This document shows, piece by piece, positions 46,891 through 56,174 of a stretch of DNA of 64,000 nucleotides (within the stretch, counting starts at the first letter, position 1; each line of letters starts with the position of its first letter). Below the pieces are notes generated by a model that did not search any database, had not been told where the DNA came from, and saw only the letters and a list, made by a program, of their open reading frames with translations. A program made the translations under genes and the position numbers. This stretch comes from a virus, in IMG/VR virus record IMGVR_UViG_3300031851_000004, positions 35,271 to 99,270 of that record; one strand, given 5' to 3'.

Positions 46891-47151
46891 ATGAACAACC
46901 AAAAAGAAAGGGTTAATTTTATATTAAGTAATTATAGTAATATTAATTACACTAAGCAAATAAAAGGAAAAAGCCTTGAGGGAACTCACAATATATGGGA
47001 TAACAATGGAACATGGTGGATTCACTTCTTTGCGGATAGCACAATTCATTATACATTTAATAAAGAAAGAGTCCGCGTTTCATTAAAAACTAAAAACATT
47101 AAAGAAGCAAAAACAATAAGGAACGAACTATTTAATCAGTTACAAAAATGA
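46891..47151 (+). CDS. arm-type DNA-binding-like small protein
   Basis: HNIWDNNGTWW..RVRVSLKTK..EA..R. Confidence 0.55.
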   Translation: MNNQKERVNFILSNYSNINYTKQIKGKSLEGTHNIWDNNGTWWIHFFADSTIHYTFNKERVRVSLKTKNIKEAKTIRNELFNQLQK

Positions 47152-47339
47152 CAGAGAATATTAATTATACAAAAGGTTATGATAAAGGTTGGGAAGATGC
47201 ACAAGAATATCTAGCTAAAAAGTTTGAGAAAGTTTTGAGTAAAAATTCTAATCAATCATATGATAAGGGTTTTCGAGAGGGGGCAAATCAAAAAAACAAC
47301 AAACCTTGTGTTTGCGGGTTTTGGGGGGATAAGAAATGA
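47148..47339 (+). CDS. hypothetical protein (Y.KG repeats)
   Basis: YTKGYDKGW and YDKGFREG. Confidence 0.5.
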   Translation: MTENINYTKGYDKGWEDAQEYLAKKFEKVLSKNSNQSYDKGFREGANQKNNKPCVCGFWGDKK

Positions 47340-47560
47340 TTTCTAATAATGAATCAAAATTAGTCGAAGGGATAATCAACTTTTCAGAACACATAATTAG
47401 TTATGGAACTGAGGAAAAAATCAGAGAAGTTCACGAAAGACTTTCTTTTTGCATAGAGGACTTTTCTTTTTGGCATGAAATAAATAGAAAAGAAAGGTCT
47501 GTAGAATCTTTAAAAAATTTATTACGTTGGTTGGTTGACACCGCTGAAAATGATTTTTAA
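47336..47560 (+). CDS. hypothetical protein
   Basis: Coupled ORF. Confidence 0.5.
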   Translation: MISNNESKLVEGIINFSEHIISYGTEEKIREVHERLSFCIEDFSFWHEINRKERSVESLKNLLRWLVDTAENDF

Positions 47561-47607
47561 AAAAAAAGAATTGACAATAAATATCAACAATGATAAAGTA
47601 ATATATT

Positions 47608-47724
47608 ATGAATGAAATAAAAGAATTATGGGACTTGTCATGGTCAGATGGCTTTACTTTAACATTTATATTGATGGGGCTTTATACTTATAAAGTTTGG
47701 ATAGATAATAAATTTAAAAAATGA
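47608..47724 (+). CDS. 38-aa single-TM peptide
   Basis: Follows TTGACA-17-TAAAGT at 47571-47599. Confidence 0.5.
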   Translation: MNEIKELWDLSWSDGFTLTFILMGLYTYKVWIDNKFKK

Positions 47725-47818
47725 TAAAATTTATTAATTGTTTCAATGTAATATGTCTCCTCTTGTGCGGCGCTTGGTACTTCACTTGGGCGTATCAAAT
47801 ATTAAAATATATAATCAA

Positions 47819-48079
47819 ATGAAAATACAATTAGGATTACGAGGAAGTACAGATGCCTTCAACCATGTCATCGTTAAAATAGATGACCTCATGCTTATGA
47901 ATACTGAGAATTTATTTTTGGGTGGGCAAGAATATAGAACCAAGACAGGAACAAGTTTGGTTCAATTATTAGATTCTCTATCAAAAGATCACGAAATATC
48001 AATTGGCGAGAAAGTCGCCAAGGAAGTAGAGAGTGAGTTGCATATTGAAGAAGGAACTTTAATTAAATTAAATAATTAA
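47819..48079 (+). CDS. hypothetical protein
   Basis: ATG start inside the longer TTG ORF. Confidence 0.5.
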   Translation: MKIQLGLRGSTDAFNHVIVKIDDLMLMNTENLFLGGQEYRTKTGTSLVQLLDSLSKDHEISIGEKVAKEVESELHIEEGTLIKLNN

Positions 48080-48081
48080 AT

Positions 48082-48294
48082 ATGGCACACGATGAATTTA
48101 ATAGTGGGGCAAGGCATGGATTCAGCATGGCATTGTATGCGGTAAGAGATATTGACAGGCAAATAGAATATCCCGATGAGAGAGGAAAAGAAGACTATAT
48201 AAAATATAATGCTCAGAAAGATTTACTATATAAAATATATGAAGCAATAAAAAAACAAGAAGAGGAAAATACAAATGAAAATAACAATAACTAA
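48082..48294 (+). CDS. hypothetical protein
   Basis: Early array ORF. Confidence 0.5.
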   Translation: MAHDEFNSGARHGFSMALYAVRDIDRQIEYPDERGKEDYIKYNAQKDLLYKIYEAIKKQEEENTNENNNN

Positions 48295-48631
48295 TCATAA
48301 TAAAACTTATAGTGTGGAGACTGATGAAGATGTAGATGCGGAAAGTTTAGCGGATATGTTTAAAGGTTTGATGGTGGGTATGGGATATCATCCAAGTAAT
48401 GTAGACGAATTATTTAATACAGAATATACATGGTTCACTCAAGAAGAAAGAGAAGAGAATATGCAAGGTCATTTAAAAGAAGAGGACTTATCTGTTAGCT
48501 CAAGAGCTTTTGAAACACACAAACAAACGGATGAAGAAAGATTAGAACGTTTATGTAGGGATAGAAAAGTTCAAGAGTTTCAAGATAATATGTACAAACA
48601 AAGCGATATAGAAAATGATATTTTCGCTTAA
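48275..48631 (+). CDS. hypothetical protein
   Basis: Early array ORF. Confidence 0.55.
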   Translation: MKITITNHNKTYSVETDEDVDAESLADMFKGLMVGMGYHPSNVDELFNTEYTWFTQEEREENMQGHLKEEDLSVSSRAFETHKQTDEERLERLCRDRKVQEFQDNMYKQSDIENDIFA

Positions 48632-48643
48632 AAAATATTTACC

Positions 48644-48967
48644 ATGATTTGTTTAAATTCAAAAGAATTACCATCATTAGAAGAGTTAAGAAAATTAAGA
48701 GCAATTACATTAGAAGATATGAATAAAGAAGAATTAAAAGAAACCATTGGAGAACACAACCCTAAAGCATTATTTGCCGATGGGCATGATGACGCAATCA
48801 TGGGGTATTCTAGTGATGGTAGAGTTATTTATTCTGTTAATCAGATTGTGAAAACTCTTGTTGAAAGAGATGGCATGACTCCCGATGAATCAATAGAGTA
48901 TTTTAATTTTAATATTGAATGCGCTTATCTTGGAGAGTATACCCCAATTTATATGTACGAGGAATAA
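48644..48967 (+). CDS. conserved phage hypothetical protein
   Basis: ADG.D.AI.G..YS..M...E..EYF.FNI..AY.GE.TP pattern. Confidence 0.65.
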   Translation: MICLNSKELPSLEELRKLRAITLEDMNKEELKETIGEHNPKALFADGHDDAIMGYSSDGRVIYSVNQIVKTLVERDGMTPDESIEYFNFNIECAYLGEYTPIYMYEE

Positions 48968-49028
48968 AATTTCAAAAAAGTTTTAAAAAAATCTTGACAA
49001 TGCCCAAAAAATATGCGAATATAAGGGC

Positions 49029-49313
49029 ATGGTAAATAAAATAGAAAAACAAATCGTCTGGTCTAAAGGTAGAAAAAAGACAGAGAGGGCAAAGCAAACA
49101 TCTTGGTCTAGCTCAAAAGATTGGAGCGGGCTTAGTGGGCTTGAAATTATGGCTTATGACTTTAATGAGTTTGTTGCTTGTACTGCAATTACGAGTCAAG
49201 GAAGAAGTAATAATAAGTTTTTTCAGATTCCTGTTGACAAGATTGAAGAGTTCTGTCATGCTTTAATGGATGCTAAAAAAATAATGGAAAGTAAAAATAA
49301 TGAAAAAATATAG
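49029..49313 (+). CDS. hypothetical protein
   Basis: Leaderless promoter 48994-49022. Confidence 0.55.
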   Translation: MVNKIEKQIVWSKGRKKTERAKQTSWSSSKDWSGLSGLEIMAYDFNEFVACTAITSQGRSNNKFFQIPVDKIEEFCHALMDAKKIMESKNNEKI

Positions 49314-49509
49314 ATTATCAGTAACAGAAGAAATTGGTGGATACATTGTAGTTGAAGCTAAGAATGAAGAGGAAGCAGAAGAAATTGCAGAAGAATTACT
49401 TAATGAACATGGTTGTCAAGATCTTTTTTACAATCATGATTTAACCAAATATCAAGGCGATCATACTCATGGAGATAGAGAAGTTTTAACTTGCGAGAAA
49501 ATAAAATGA
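49300..49509 (+). CDS. DpnD/PcfM-like small protein
   Basis: Y...V....VVEAKNEEEAEE. Confidence 0.5.
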   Translation: MKKYRLSVTEEIGGYIVVEAKNEEEAEEIAEELLNEHGCQDLFYNHDLTKYQGDHTHGDREVLTCEKIK

Positions 49510-49745
49510 AAACATTTGAAATAGAAATAGCAAGCACAACTTATCGCACTTATTTTATTGATTCAGAATCGAAAGATGATGCAGTCAGCAGAGCTTTTGA
49601 TGAAATGGAAGCTGATTGGGAGATAAGTAAAGCATGGAAACAGAATGCTGAAGTTAATTTCGCAGAAGAGAGAGAAAAAGAATCCAAAGAAGATTCAATG
49701 GAATTAAATGATTCTGATCTTGACAAGCTAAACCAAGACCTATAA
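49506..49745 (+). CDS. DpnD/PcfM-like small protein
   Basis: FEIEI....YFIDSESKDDA. Confidence 0.5.
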   Translation: MKTFEIEIASTTYRTYFIDSESKDDAVSRAFDEMEADWEISKAWKQNAEVNFAEEREKESKEDSMELNDSDLDKLNQDL

Positions 49746-49754
49746 GGTAAAGAT

Positions 49755-50048
49755 ATGAAAGTCACAGAATTAGAGATAAAAGAAAGTTTTGATGGTGAAT
49801 TATATTTTCGTCTACCCGATGATCTTTTAGATAGATTAGGTTGGAAAGAAGGGGATGATTTAAAATTCATACCACAAGACGAAGCATTTATTATTAAAAA
49901 AGTAAAATATGAAACGATTGAGCTTGACTTTGATGACCAAGAGTTGTTAAAGTATATGCAGTTCGCACATGAAAAAAATATTACATTTAATGAACTCTGC
50001 GAGGAAGCAATAAAAGAAAGACTAAAAGAAAATAATTATGACAAATAA
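49755..50048 (+). CDS. AbrB/MazE-like DNA-binding protein with C-terminal RHH-like segment
   Basis: LYFRLPDDLLDRLGWKEGDDLKF. Confidence 0.7.
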   Translation: MKVTELEIKESFDGELYFRLPDDLLDRLGWKEGDDLKFIPQDEAFIIKKVKYETIELDFDDQELLKYMQFAHEKNITFNELCEEAIKERLKENNYDK

Positions 50049-50214
50049 ACAAGTAGCGCAAACATGGTTGGTAACATTAGTTGCCATATTTTTCACGGCA
50101 TTCTTCGGGCAACTAATGGGTATTGCAACAGGGGGGGCAATGACTCTTCTAAGTTTCATATCCCTTGGCGTACAATTTTGGGGAATATCTAGATTATGGA
50201 AATCAAAAGAATAA
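50038..50214 (+). CDS. 58-aa two-TM protein
   Basis: MTNKQVAQTWLVTLVAIFF...; fills gap, below track cutoff. Confidence 0.55.
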   Translation: MTNKQVAQTWLVTLVAIFFTAFFGQLMGIATGGAMTLLSFISLGVQFWGISRLWKSKE

Positions 50215-50220
50215 AATAAA

Positions 50221-50463
50221 ATGAATAAAACAGAAGAAGCACGCAAAATAGATAGTTTATTTGAAGTTGAAAGTGGACTAGACACTCGCCTTTTCGAGTT
50301 AGCAGGTTATCCCCTCATTGACGACTTAGTAAATGAGATGTTTGAATTAAAAGAGAGAATGAACAAAAGATTAAATAAAAGAATTAAAGAACTTGAATTA
50401 ATCGGAGAGTTCGGGGTCAAGCCTATTGGTACTTCTCACATGAACTTTGAAGGAAATGCATAA
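50221..50463 (+). CDS. hypothetical protein
   Basis: Early array ORF. Confidence 0.5.
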   Translation: MNKTEEARKIDSLFEVESGLDTRLFELAGYPLIDDLVNEMFELKERMNKRLNKRIKELELIGEFGVKPIGTSHMNFEGNA

Positions 50464-50465
50464 AA

Positions 50466-50912
50466 ATGATTGATATAATAAAAACTTGGCAAGCGCCTAA
50501 AAAAGTTGCATTAGCAATTATTGATTTAGCTTTAGAGCATATTGAAAAGGTTAAAGCTAATCCCGAAGTTAAAACTGAAGGAGATAATTTCGACTATTGG
50601 AATAGCTATGATTTAAGAGATGGCAATTATGTAGATTATAATATTCATTGTGGTGATGAATGGTGCATACTTAAAGAAGATGGTGCAGGAGAGTATGAAT
50701 ATACTGATCCTAAAACATGGTCTTGGGATGTTTGTGCTTATGCAGTTGACCCGCCAAATGAAGAAAATAAGTATCATCAGATGGATACAGATAGAATGCA
50801 ATATTTATTTAGCTATAATAAGAGTTATGGCGAATTTGAAGTAAATTTTGAAGAAATGAGTATTCACCGACTAATGCAAAACAAAATAGGAGAAAAAATA
50901 TTATGGGATTAG
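50466..50912 (+). CDS. hypothetical protein
   Basis: Early array ORF. Confidence 0.55.
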   Translation: MIDIIKTWQAPKKVALAIIDLALEHIEKVKANPEVKTEGDNFDYWNSYDLRDGNYVDYNIHCGDEWCILKEDGAGEYEYTDPKTWSWDVCAYAVDPPNEENKYHQMDTDRMQYLFSYNKSYGEFEVNFEEMSIHRLMQNKIGEKILWD

Positions 50913-51310
50913 ATATGTATGCTTATGCTCGTCCACCTCGTAAGAGGAATAGTGATGACGATGTACAAATTGGAGAATGGCGCAAACACAATCGTTTGCA
51001 AGGTTGGATGCAACAATTATGGGAATCTAAAGGATGCCCAAATGCTAATGAAGATGGTGATTTTAATTGCGCTGAATTGCAACTTGCCGAAGAAGACATC
51101 AATGCTCTTGAGGATGACATTCTTACGATGACTATGCCCGAATCTAATGGTTTCTTTTGGGGTAGCGATTCTTTCTTTTGGACAGACGAAGATGGTAAGG
51201 ATTATCCCGAAAATAGTTATTATTATTTAGAGAGAGATTTACAATTCATAACGGATGCGAGAAAAATGCTCGATAAGAAACATAGAATTTTTTATTCGTC
51301 TTGGTATTAA
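50903..51310 (+). CDS. conserved phage hypothetical protein (MGLDMY family)
   Basis: MGLDMY, WRKHN.L.GW, GFFWG and YSSWY motifs. Confidence 0.7.
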   Translation: MGLDMYAYARPPRKRNSDDDVQIGEWRKHNRLQGWMQQLWESKGCPNANEDGDFNCAELQLAEEDINALEDDILTMTMPESNGFFWGSDSFFWTDEDGKDYPENSYYYLERDLQFITDARKMLDKKHRIFYSSWY

Positions 51311-51381
51311 TTTAATTAAATTATTAAAAGTTTTTTAAAATTTTTATTGACAAACAGAAAGGAATATGCGAATATATAATT

Positions 51382-51627
51382 ATGAACACATTAGAAGCAT
51401 TTAAAGATAGCATCAAACAATCAATTGCAAACGCAGAAAAGATTGCAAATTCAATACCCAAAAAGGGTCTTAATATTTATTTAGATAAATCAACTATGGT
51501 CATGCAGACTTTTAGTGATCCAAGTGCATTTGAGTATGCCAAGCAAGCAACTGCTCGTAAGGGGCAATCAAGCATTCTTAGGATGCAAATGGATGGGGCG
51601 GGTAGAACACAGGCAAAAGCATTATAA
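51382..51627 (+). CDS. hypothetical protein
   Basis: Leaderless promoter 51347-51375. Confidence 0.55.
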   Translation: MNTLEAFKDSIKQSIANAEKIANSIPKKGLNIYLDKSTMVMQTFSDPSAFEYAKQATARKGQSSILRMQMDGAGRTQAKAL

Positions 51628-51817
51628 AAGATGCAAAATATCAGTTTAACTATATAAATACTAACTTTTTGCCAATATCACAATAAAATGCTTGACATAT
51701 CATGCAATTTCAGTTTTAATTTTTTTTGAATAAAAAAATAATTGCCATACAAATAAAAACTGCTATCGTTAAAAAAATATCCCAAATCATTAAAAAATCC
51801 ATAAAAACAAGATACAC

Positions 51818-52081
51818 ATGAAACAACCAATATACGATGGCACAAATGAAGATGAGTGCGAATATTATGACAATGTAATTATGGAATTACCAACATACGA
51901 ACAATATATAAAAGATATGTCTTTGGCAGATCAAATAAAATTCTATTTTGATGTTGACATTGACAACTATTTAGGTGATCCTTGGGAAATACTCGCAGAA
52001 TGTGCAGTTGATCCACATTGGTTAGAAGAGTTTAAAGTTAATTTTAAAGAATACTTGCAAGAAAGGGAATACATAAAATGA
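51818..52081 (+). CDS. acidic hypothetical protein
   Basis: D/E-rich ORF. Confidence 0.55.
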   Translation: MKQPIYDGTNEDECEYYDNVIMELPTYEQYIKDMSLADQIKFYFDVDIDNYLGDPWEILAECAVDPHWLEEFKVNFKEYLQEREYIK

Positions 52082-52308
52082 AAGAATTAAAAGAAAAATT
52101 AAAAACAAATATCAAATACCATATAGATAGAATAGCTGAAACAGGTTCATCATCATTTTCTACTTGTGATTATAGTGGATGGGATAAAGATATTTGGAGG
52201 CATAGACATTCTATCATGGACAAATTGACTGATGAAGGTTATCGTGTTGAAAGTGCAGTTAATCATGGAGTGCTAGATGTAACAATAACCGCAAATTTAG
52301 AACTATGA
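52078..52308 (+). CDS. hypothetical protein
   Basis: Coupled ORF. Confidence 0.5.
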   Translation: MKELKEKLKTNIKYHIDRIAETGSSSFSTCDYSGWDKDIWRHRHSIMDKLTDEGYRVESAVNHGVLDVTITANLEL

Positions 52309-52505
52309 GTGGAGTAGTAGATACAGAACAATTAAAATGTCAAATATCTAACTTCTTATATGGCATTACCAATGATGAAAATTATAGTGACGAAGTAATA
52401 TTATCGGATGAAGACATTTCAAAATTAACGGACAGAATAGTTTTTAGAAACACAGAATTAAGAGAAATATTAAATAATGAAAGTAACAAAAATAAGATAT
52501 TTTAA
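52305..52505 (+). CDS. hypothetical protein
   Basis: Coupled ORF. Confidence 0.5.
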   Translation: MSGVVDTEQLKCQISNFLYGITNDENYSDEVILSDEDISKLTDRIVFRNTELREILNNESNKNKIF

Positions 52506-52692
52506 TACATTAAATGGAGTTGGTTACGAATGCCACACAAATATAGATGGAGTAAGAATTTGCAATCATGGAACAGGGGGAGCAACCTTTATTGATGGCG
52601 CATTTAAAGATACAAAAAATTTTAGAGAGTTATCCGAATGGGACTTGGAAGATTTAATTGACCAATACGAAAATAAACTCTTGACACAATAA
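52477..52692 (+). CDS. hypothetical protein
   Basis: N.G.GG.T motif. Confidence 0.5.
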   Translation: MKVTKIRYFNTLNGVGYECHTNIDGVRICNHGTGGATFIDGAFKDTKNFRELSEWDLEDLIDQYENKLLTQ

Positions 52693-52716
52693 CAAAACTA
52701 CTATAAGGTTTTAAGT

Positions 52717-52881
52717 ATGAACATAAATTACATATACGAAGACAATACTATCGAAGAAAAATTTTACTACGATAATTTCACAGGCACTTATTTCTTGCAT
52801 GATGAAGAATGGGAAGAACCTATGGAGTTTACAGAAAGCGAGTTAGAGCAAGAAGGAATTTACTTAACAAACAATTCGTAA
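52717..52881 (+). CDS. 54-aa highly acidic peptide
   Basis: MNINYIYEDNTIEENFYYD...; leaderless promoter 52681-52709. Confidence 0.55.
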   Translation: MNINYIYEDNTIEEKFYYDNFTGTYFLHDEEWEEPMEFTESELEQEGIYLTNNS

Positions 52882-53216
52882 TGAAGTATAATGATAAAAA
52901 ATTTCTAGGAGCAAAAATAATCAATATACGAGAGATGACTATTGCCGAATATAATGCTCATTATTGGTCTAAGCATGACCCTGTTTATGTTATCGAATTA
53001 GATAATGGAATATCTATTTATCCAAGTAAAGATGCGGAAGGAAATAGTGGTGGAGTGTTCTTCGGTGTTGATGCTAATTCAAATAAATGTTTTACTATGT
53101 CAAATAGGGAAGAAATAGACACATCAAATTTAAGCAATGATGACTTTGGTGCATATATTAGAGGAGAGATTAGTGTTGATGGCAAGAAAATAAAAACCCC
53201 TTTGACCAATGACTGA
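52881..53216 (+). CDS. conserved phage hypothetical protein
   Basis: IYPSKDAEGNSGG; start coupled (TAATG) to the previous ORF. Confidence 0.6.
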   Translation: MKYNDKKFLGAKIINIREMTIAEYNAHYWSKHDPVYVIELDNGISIYPSKDAEGNSGGVFFGVDANSNKCFTMSNREEIDTSNLSNDDFGAYIRGEISVDGKKIKTPLTND

Positions 53217-53372
53217 TTTTTTAAATGATGAAGAAAAAATGTATGACTTTGACAGGTTGACTAAAGAAGAGTTTTTATTTAGTTATTCCTATTTAAGTGA
53301 AGAAGAATATAATTTAACAAGAATTGCACAAAAAGTCTTGACAGAGATAAAAAAATAGATTAAGATATGAAC

Positions 53373-53822
53373 ATGAAAGAAATTATAGGAGACGATTACC
53401 CAACTTACGAAGATTCAGTCAACATGACTTTAGCTGAAAGAAAAAATAAACCAAGTCATACTTACATGACAGAAGTAGAGCATGAAGTAAATAAACAAAA
53501 TGTCGAAAGATTAATGATGGAAAATCTTCAACTTAGACATCGCTTGGCTTGCATCAAGGATGATATTGAAATTATTGATAGGCATATTTCGTCTTACAAA
53601 AAGTGTCGCAAATGGTTCAAGCAACCAAGTCTCAATAAAGATGGAAGCATTTATGCTGACGAAGCTATTCATAATCTCACCAACATAGAAATTGCTTGTG
53701 ATTTATCTGACGAATCAGTCGATGATTGGGGTTCTGATATGGCAGAAGAATATAGACAACAACACATAAAACACATGGAAGCAGAAGCTGATTTTTTAAA
53801 TAAATATAAAGCAAAAAAATGA
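53373..53822 (+). CDS. hypothetical protein
   Basis: Start 6 nt after TTGACA-17-TAAGAT. Confidence 0.55.
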   Translation: MKEIIGDDYPTYEDSVNMTLAERKNKPSHTYMTEVEHEVNKQNVERLMMENLQLRHRLACIKDDIEIIDRHISSYKKCRKWFKQPSLNKDGSIYADEAIHNLTNIEIACDLSDESVDDWGSDMAEEYRQQHIKHMEAEADFLNKYKAKK

Positions 53823-54037
53823 ATATTGACTACGAGCTTTTAAAAGAACAAAGAGATCACTTGTTATCCATCTTATGGCATGATGACAAAGGGGAAGGTG
53901 TTCATGGACTACTTGACGAAGAAATGGGTTGGGGTATTGTTCATTTACTAGATTCTCTTTTAGACAAAGACTATTACGAACAAAATCTTTCTATGCGAGA
54001 TAAATGTTCCAAGAAGAGGGAGAATCGAACAATTTAA
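53819..54037 (+). CDS. hypothetical protein
   Basis: Coupled ORF. Confidence 0.5.
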   Translation: MNIDYELLKEQRDHLLSILWHDDKGEGVHGLLDEEMGWGIVHLLDSLLDKDYYEQNLSMRDKCSKKRENRTI

Positions 54038-54041
54038 ATAA

Positions 54042-54557
54042 ATGATCGAAGTAAAAGTCTCAGAACATATTCTTGAAGAAGCTAAAATCCGTAATAAACA
54101 ATTTTTTGAAAAATTTGGTGATAATGGGACTCACAGAAAAAATAAAGAACAAAGGATGACAGGATATATAGCAGAGGCTTGCATCCAAAAAACATTTAGC
54201 ATTTTTAAATATAGCGAATCTATTGATGTTGACTTTACTTTAGATAGTCTTACCATTGACTCTAAAGCCCAAGGTTGTAACTCAAAACCTCTCAATAATT
54301 ATAGCGCAACATTATATGAAGACCAAAAAGAAAGAGACACAAATTATTATATTTTCAGTAGGGTAAAAAAAGACTTTACAATAGCATGGATATGTGGTAT
54401 CATTTCAAAGAAAAAGTTTTTAAAAATAGCTAAATTACAACCGAAGGGTACGATAACAAAAAATTTCACATACGATCAATCAAGATACGAAGTACGATAC
54501 AAAGATTTAGCAGATATAAATATTTTCTTAAATTGGTATCATCAAAACAAAAAATAA
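54042..54557 (+). CDS. PD-(D/E)XK-like nuclease
   Basis: G.IAE, DF..IDSK, Y.F..V and W.CG motifs. Confidence 0.55.
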   Translation: MIEVKVSEHILEEAKIRNKQFFEKFGDNGTHRKNKEQRMTGYIAEACIQKTFSIFKYSESIDVDFTLDSLTIDSKAQGCNSKPLNNYSATLYEDQKERDTNYYIFSRVKKDFTIAWICGIISKKKFLKIAKLQPKGTITKNFTYDQSRYEVRYKDLADINIFLNWYHQNKK

Positions 54558-54558
54558 A

Positions 54559-54792
54559 ATGAAAAAAGAATATTGTGTTGGGGTTAAAATAATTAATTGT
54601 TTTTATGTCGAGGCAGAAGATCGAGAGGAAGCAGAACAAATAGTGCGCGAGTATGATCCATATAAAACTCTTGATGATTGTGATTTTAGTATCGAATATG
54701 CTGATCCTACAAATGGAGAAATCGCATGGAAGATAAAAGCGGATGAAGTTAATTGGACTGATTTGCACAACAAGCACGACCAATGGAAATAA
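54559..54792 (+). CDS. DpnD/PcfM-like small protein
   Basis: FYVEAEDREEAEQ. Confidence 0.5.
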   Translation: MKKEYCVGVKIINCFYVEAEDREEAEQIVREYDPYKTLDDCDFSIEYADPTNGEIAWKIKADEVNWTDLHNKHDQWK

Positions 54793-55064
54793 GTGGTAAA
54801 AATTTAAAGTTTAAATACTTAACTGAAGAAGAAACAAATCAAATGAATAAAAAAGCTATGGAAGGTTTGAAAAAAGAAGAAAGTTTATTAAGCGAAATAT
54901 ACGATACAAAAAAGTCTATTAGGCATCTTGAGATTGAGTTAGATTATGAAGATTCTCGAAAAGGAAATGATTATAAATATATAAAATCGCTAGAAGCACA
55001 GATAGATGAGCAATACATTAAATTAGATAGATTATATGAAATTAACAAAATATCAGAAAGCTAG
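54783..55064 (+). CDS. coiled-coil hypothetical protein
   Basis: Early array ORF. Confidence 0.5.
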   Translation: MEISGKNLKFKYLTEEETNQMNKKAMEGLKKEESLLSEIYDTKKSIRHLEIELDYEDSRKGNDYKYIKSLEAQIDEQYIKLDRLYEINKISES

Positions 55065-55239
55065 ATTGCTTGAACACGAATGGGATATAATCCAATCTAA
55101 AGATGAGGGAAATACATCTTGGATTGCCATTCAACCCGAAGATGGTGAAGTTTACCAAGTTGCACTTGATGTTTTTAACTTGACAGACACAGGAAATGAT
55201 ATTAAGCTACTCGTAATTGGAACACAAAACGAAGGATAA
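55036..55239 (+). CDS. hypothetical protein
   Basis: Early array ORF. Confidence 0.5.
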   Translation: MKLTKYQKARLLEHEWDIIQSKDEGNTSWIAIQPEDGEVYQVALDVFNLTDTGNDIKLLVIGTQNEG

Positions 55240-55244
55240 TAAAT

Positions 55245-55442
55245 ATGAGAACAACGGAAAGACAAACAAGAGAAACAGAACCAACAATAGATGAAATGAG
55301 GTATGATCTTGCTGAAGCAGAAGCAATGAATATGCCTGTCAGTCAGATTATAGAATTACTTATTGAAGGATTTGAAGGGTTAGATAATATTGCTGACATC
55401 GAAATAAGAGAAGAATGGGAAAAAATCTTTGGGGAAAATTAA
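55245..55442 (+). CDS. acidic hypothetical protein
   Basis: D/E-rich ORF. Confidence 0.5.
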   Translation: MRTTERQTRETEPTIDEMRYDLAEAEAMNMPVSQIIELLIEGFEGLDNIADIEIREEWEKIFGEN

Positions 55443-55484
55443 AAAAATCTTGACAGGTTTAAATATATTTGCTAAAGTGCTATT

Positions 55485-55709
55485 ATGAAAGTAGAAAAAA
55501 TTTGGAATATTGAGCCACAAAAAATGTTAGATTACATTCTTGAGGCAGACAAGTCAAATGGAAGAGGTTCAGAGGAATATATGCCTACCTTTTATATTGG
55601 CAAGGATGTGGAGTACATTCGTGAAGTTTATGAAGATTACAATGGTCTTGATAGTCTTACCGAAGTAGAGCAAATAGAGAATGGATATTATAGATTGGAG
55701 ATAGCATAA
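55485..55709 (+). CDS. acidic hypothetical protein
   Basis: Leaderless promoter 55450-55478. Confidence 0.55.
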   Translation: MKVEKIWNIEPQKMLDYILEADKSNGRGSEEYMPTFYIGKDVEYIREVYEDYNGLDSLTEVEQIENGYYRLEIA

Positions 55710-55921
55710 TGAAAAAAGCATATAGAGTGCCATGTTCATGGCAAGTTTATGCCCAAGTAGAAGTTGAAGCAGAATCTTGGGAAGAAGCAATTACTAAAGT
55801 CGAAAGTAATAGTGTTCCATTACCAACAGACCCCAATTATGTAGATGCTTCTCTCGAAGTTGATATGGAAATAATTGAAGAGGAGATGGAAAATCCAAAT
55901 ACTTTTGATTTGGTTGATTAA
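55709..55921 (+). CDS. DpnD/PcfM-like small protein
   Basis: VEVEAESWEEAI. Confidence 0.5.
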   Translation: MKKAYRVPCSWQVYAQVEVEAESWEEAITKVESNSVPLPTDPNYVDASLEVDMEIIEEEMENPNTFDLVD

Positions 55922-55960
55922 TTACTTGACATATAAAAATATATTTGCTAAAGTACGATT

Positions 55961-56161
55961 ATGAAAGTCACAGAAGAGTTACAAATAATTATTGACGAAG
56001 CAGAAGTCTCTGCTATGGGAGAAAGCACAGATGAAAACAAAAGAGTTTTAGAGGCTTGCAAAAAAGTTCAGAATTGGCTTGACTCTTTCCCCGAATTGTT
56101 AGATAGTATAAGCGAATTACATTCTCAATCATTAGAGAAAACAAAAATAAACAAAATATAA
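55961..56161 (+). CDS. hypothetical protein
   Basis: Leaderless promoter 55926-55954. Confidence 0.55.
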   Translation: MKVTEELQIIIDEAEVSAMGESTDENKRVLEACKKVQNWLDSFPELLDSISELHSQSLEKTKINKI

Positions 56162-56174
56162 AAAGCGAAAAGTT

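Noticed and set aside
52809-52880. N-terminal extension MGRTYGVYRK... of the 135-aa ORF
   Set aside because: Overlaps the promoter-supported acidic ORF 52717-52881; the coupled ATG at 52881 is more plausible.
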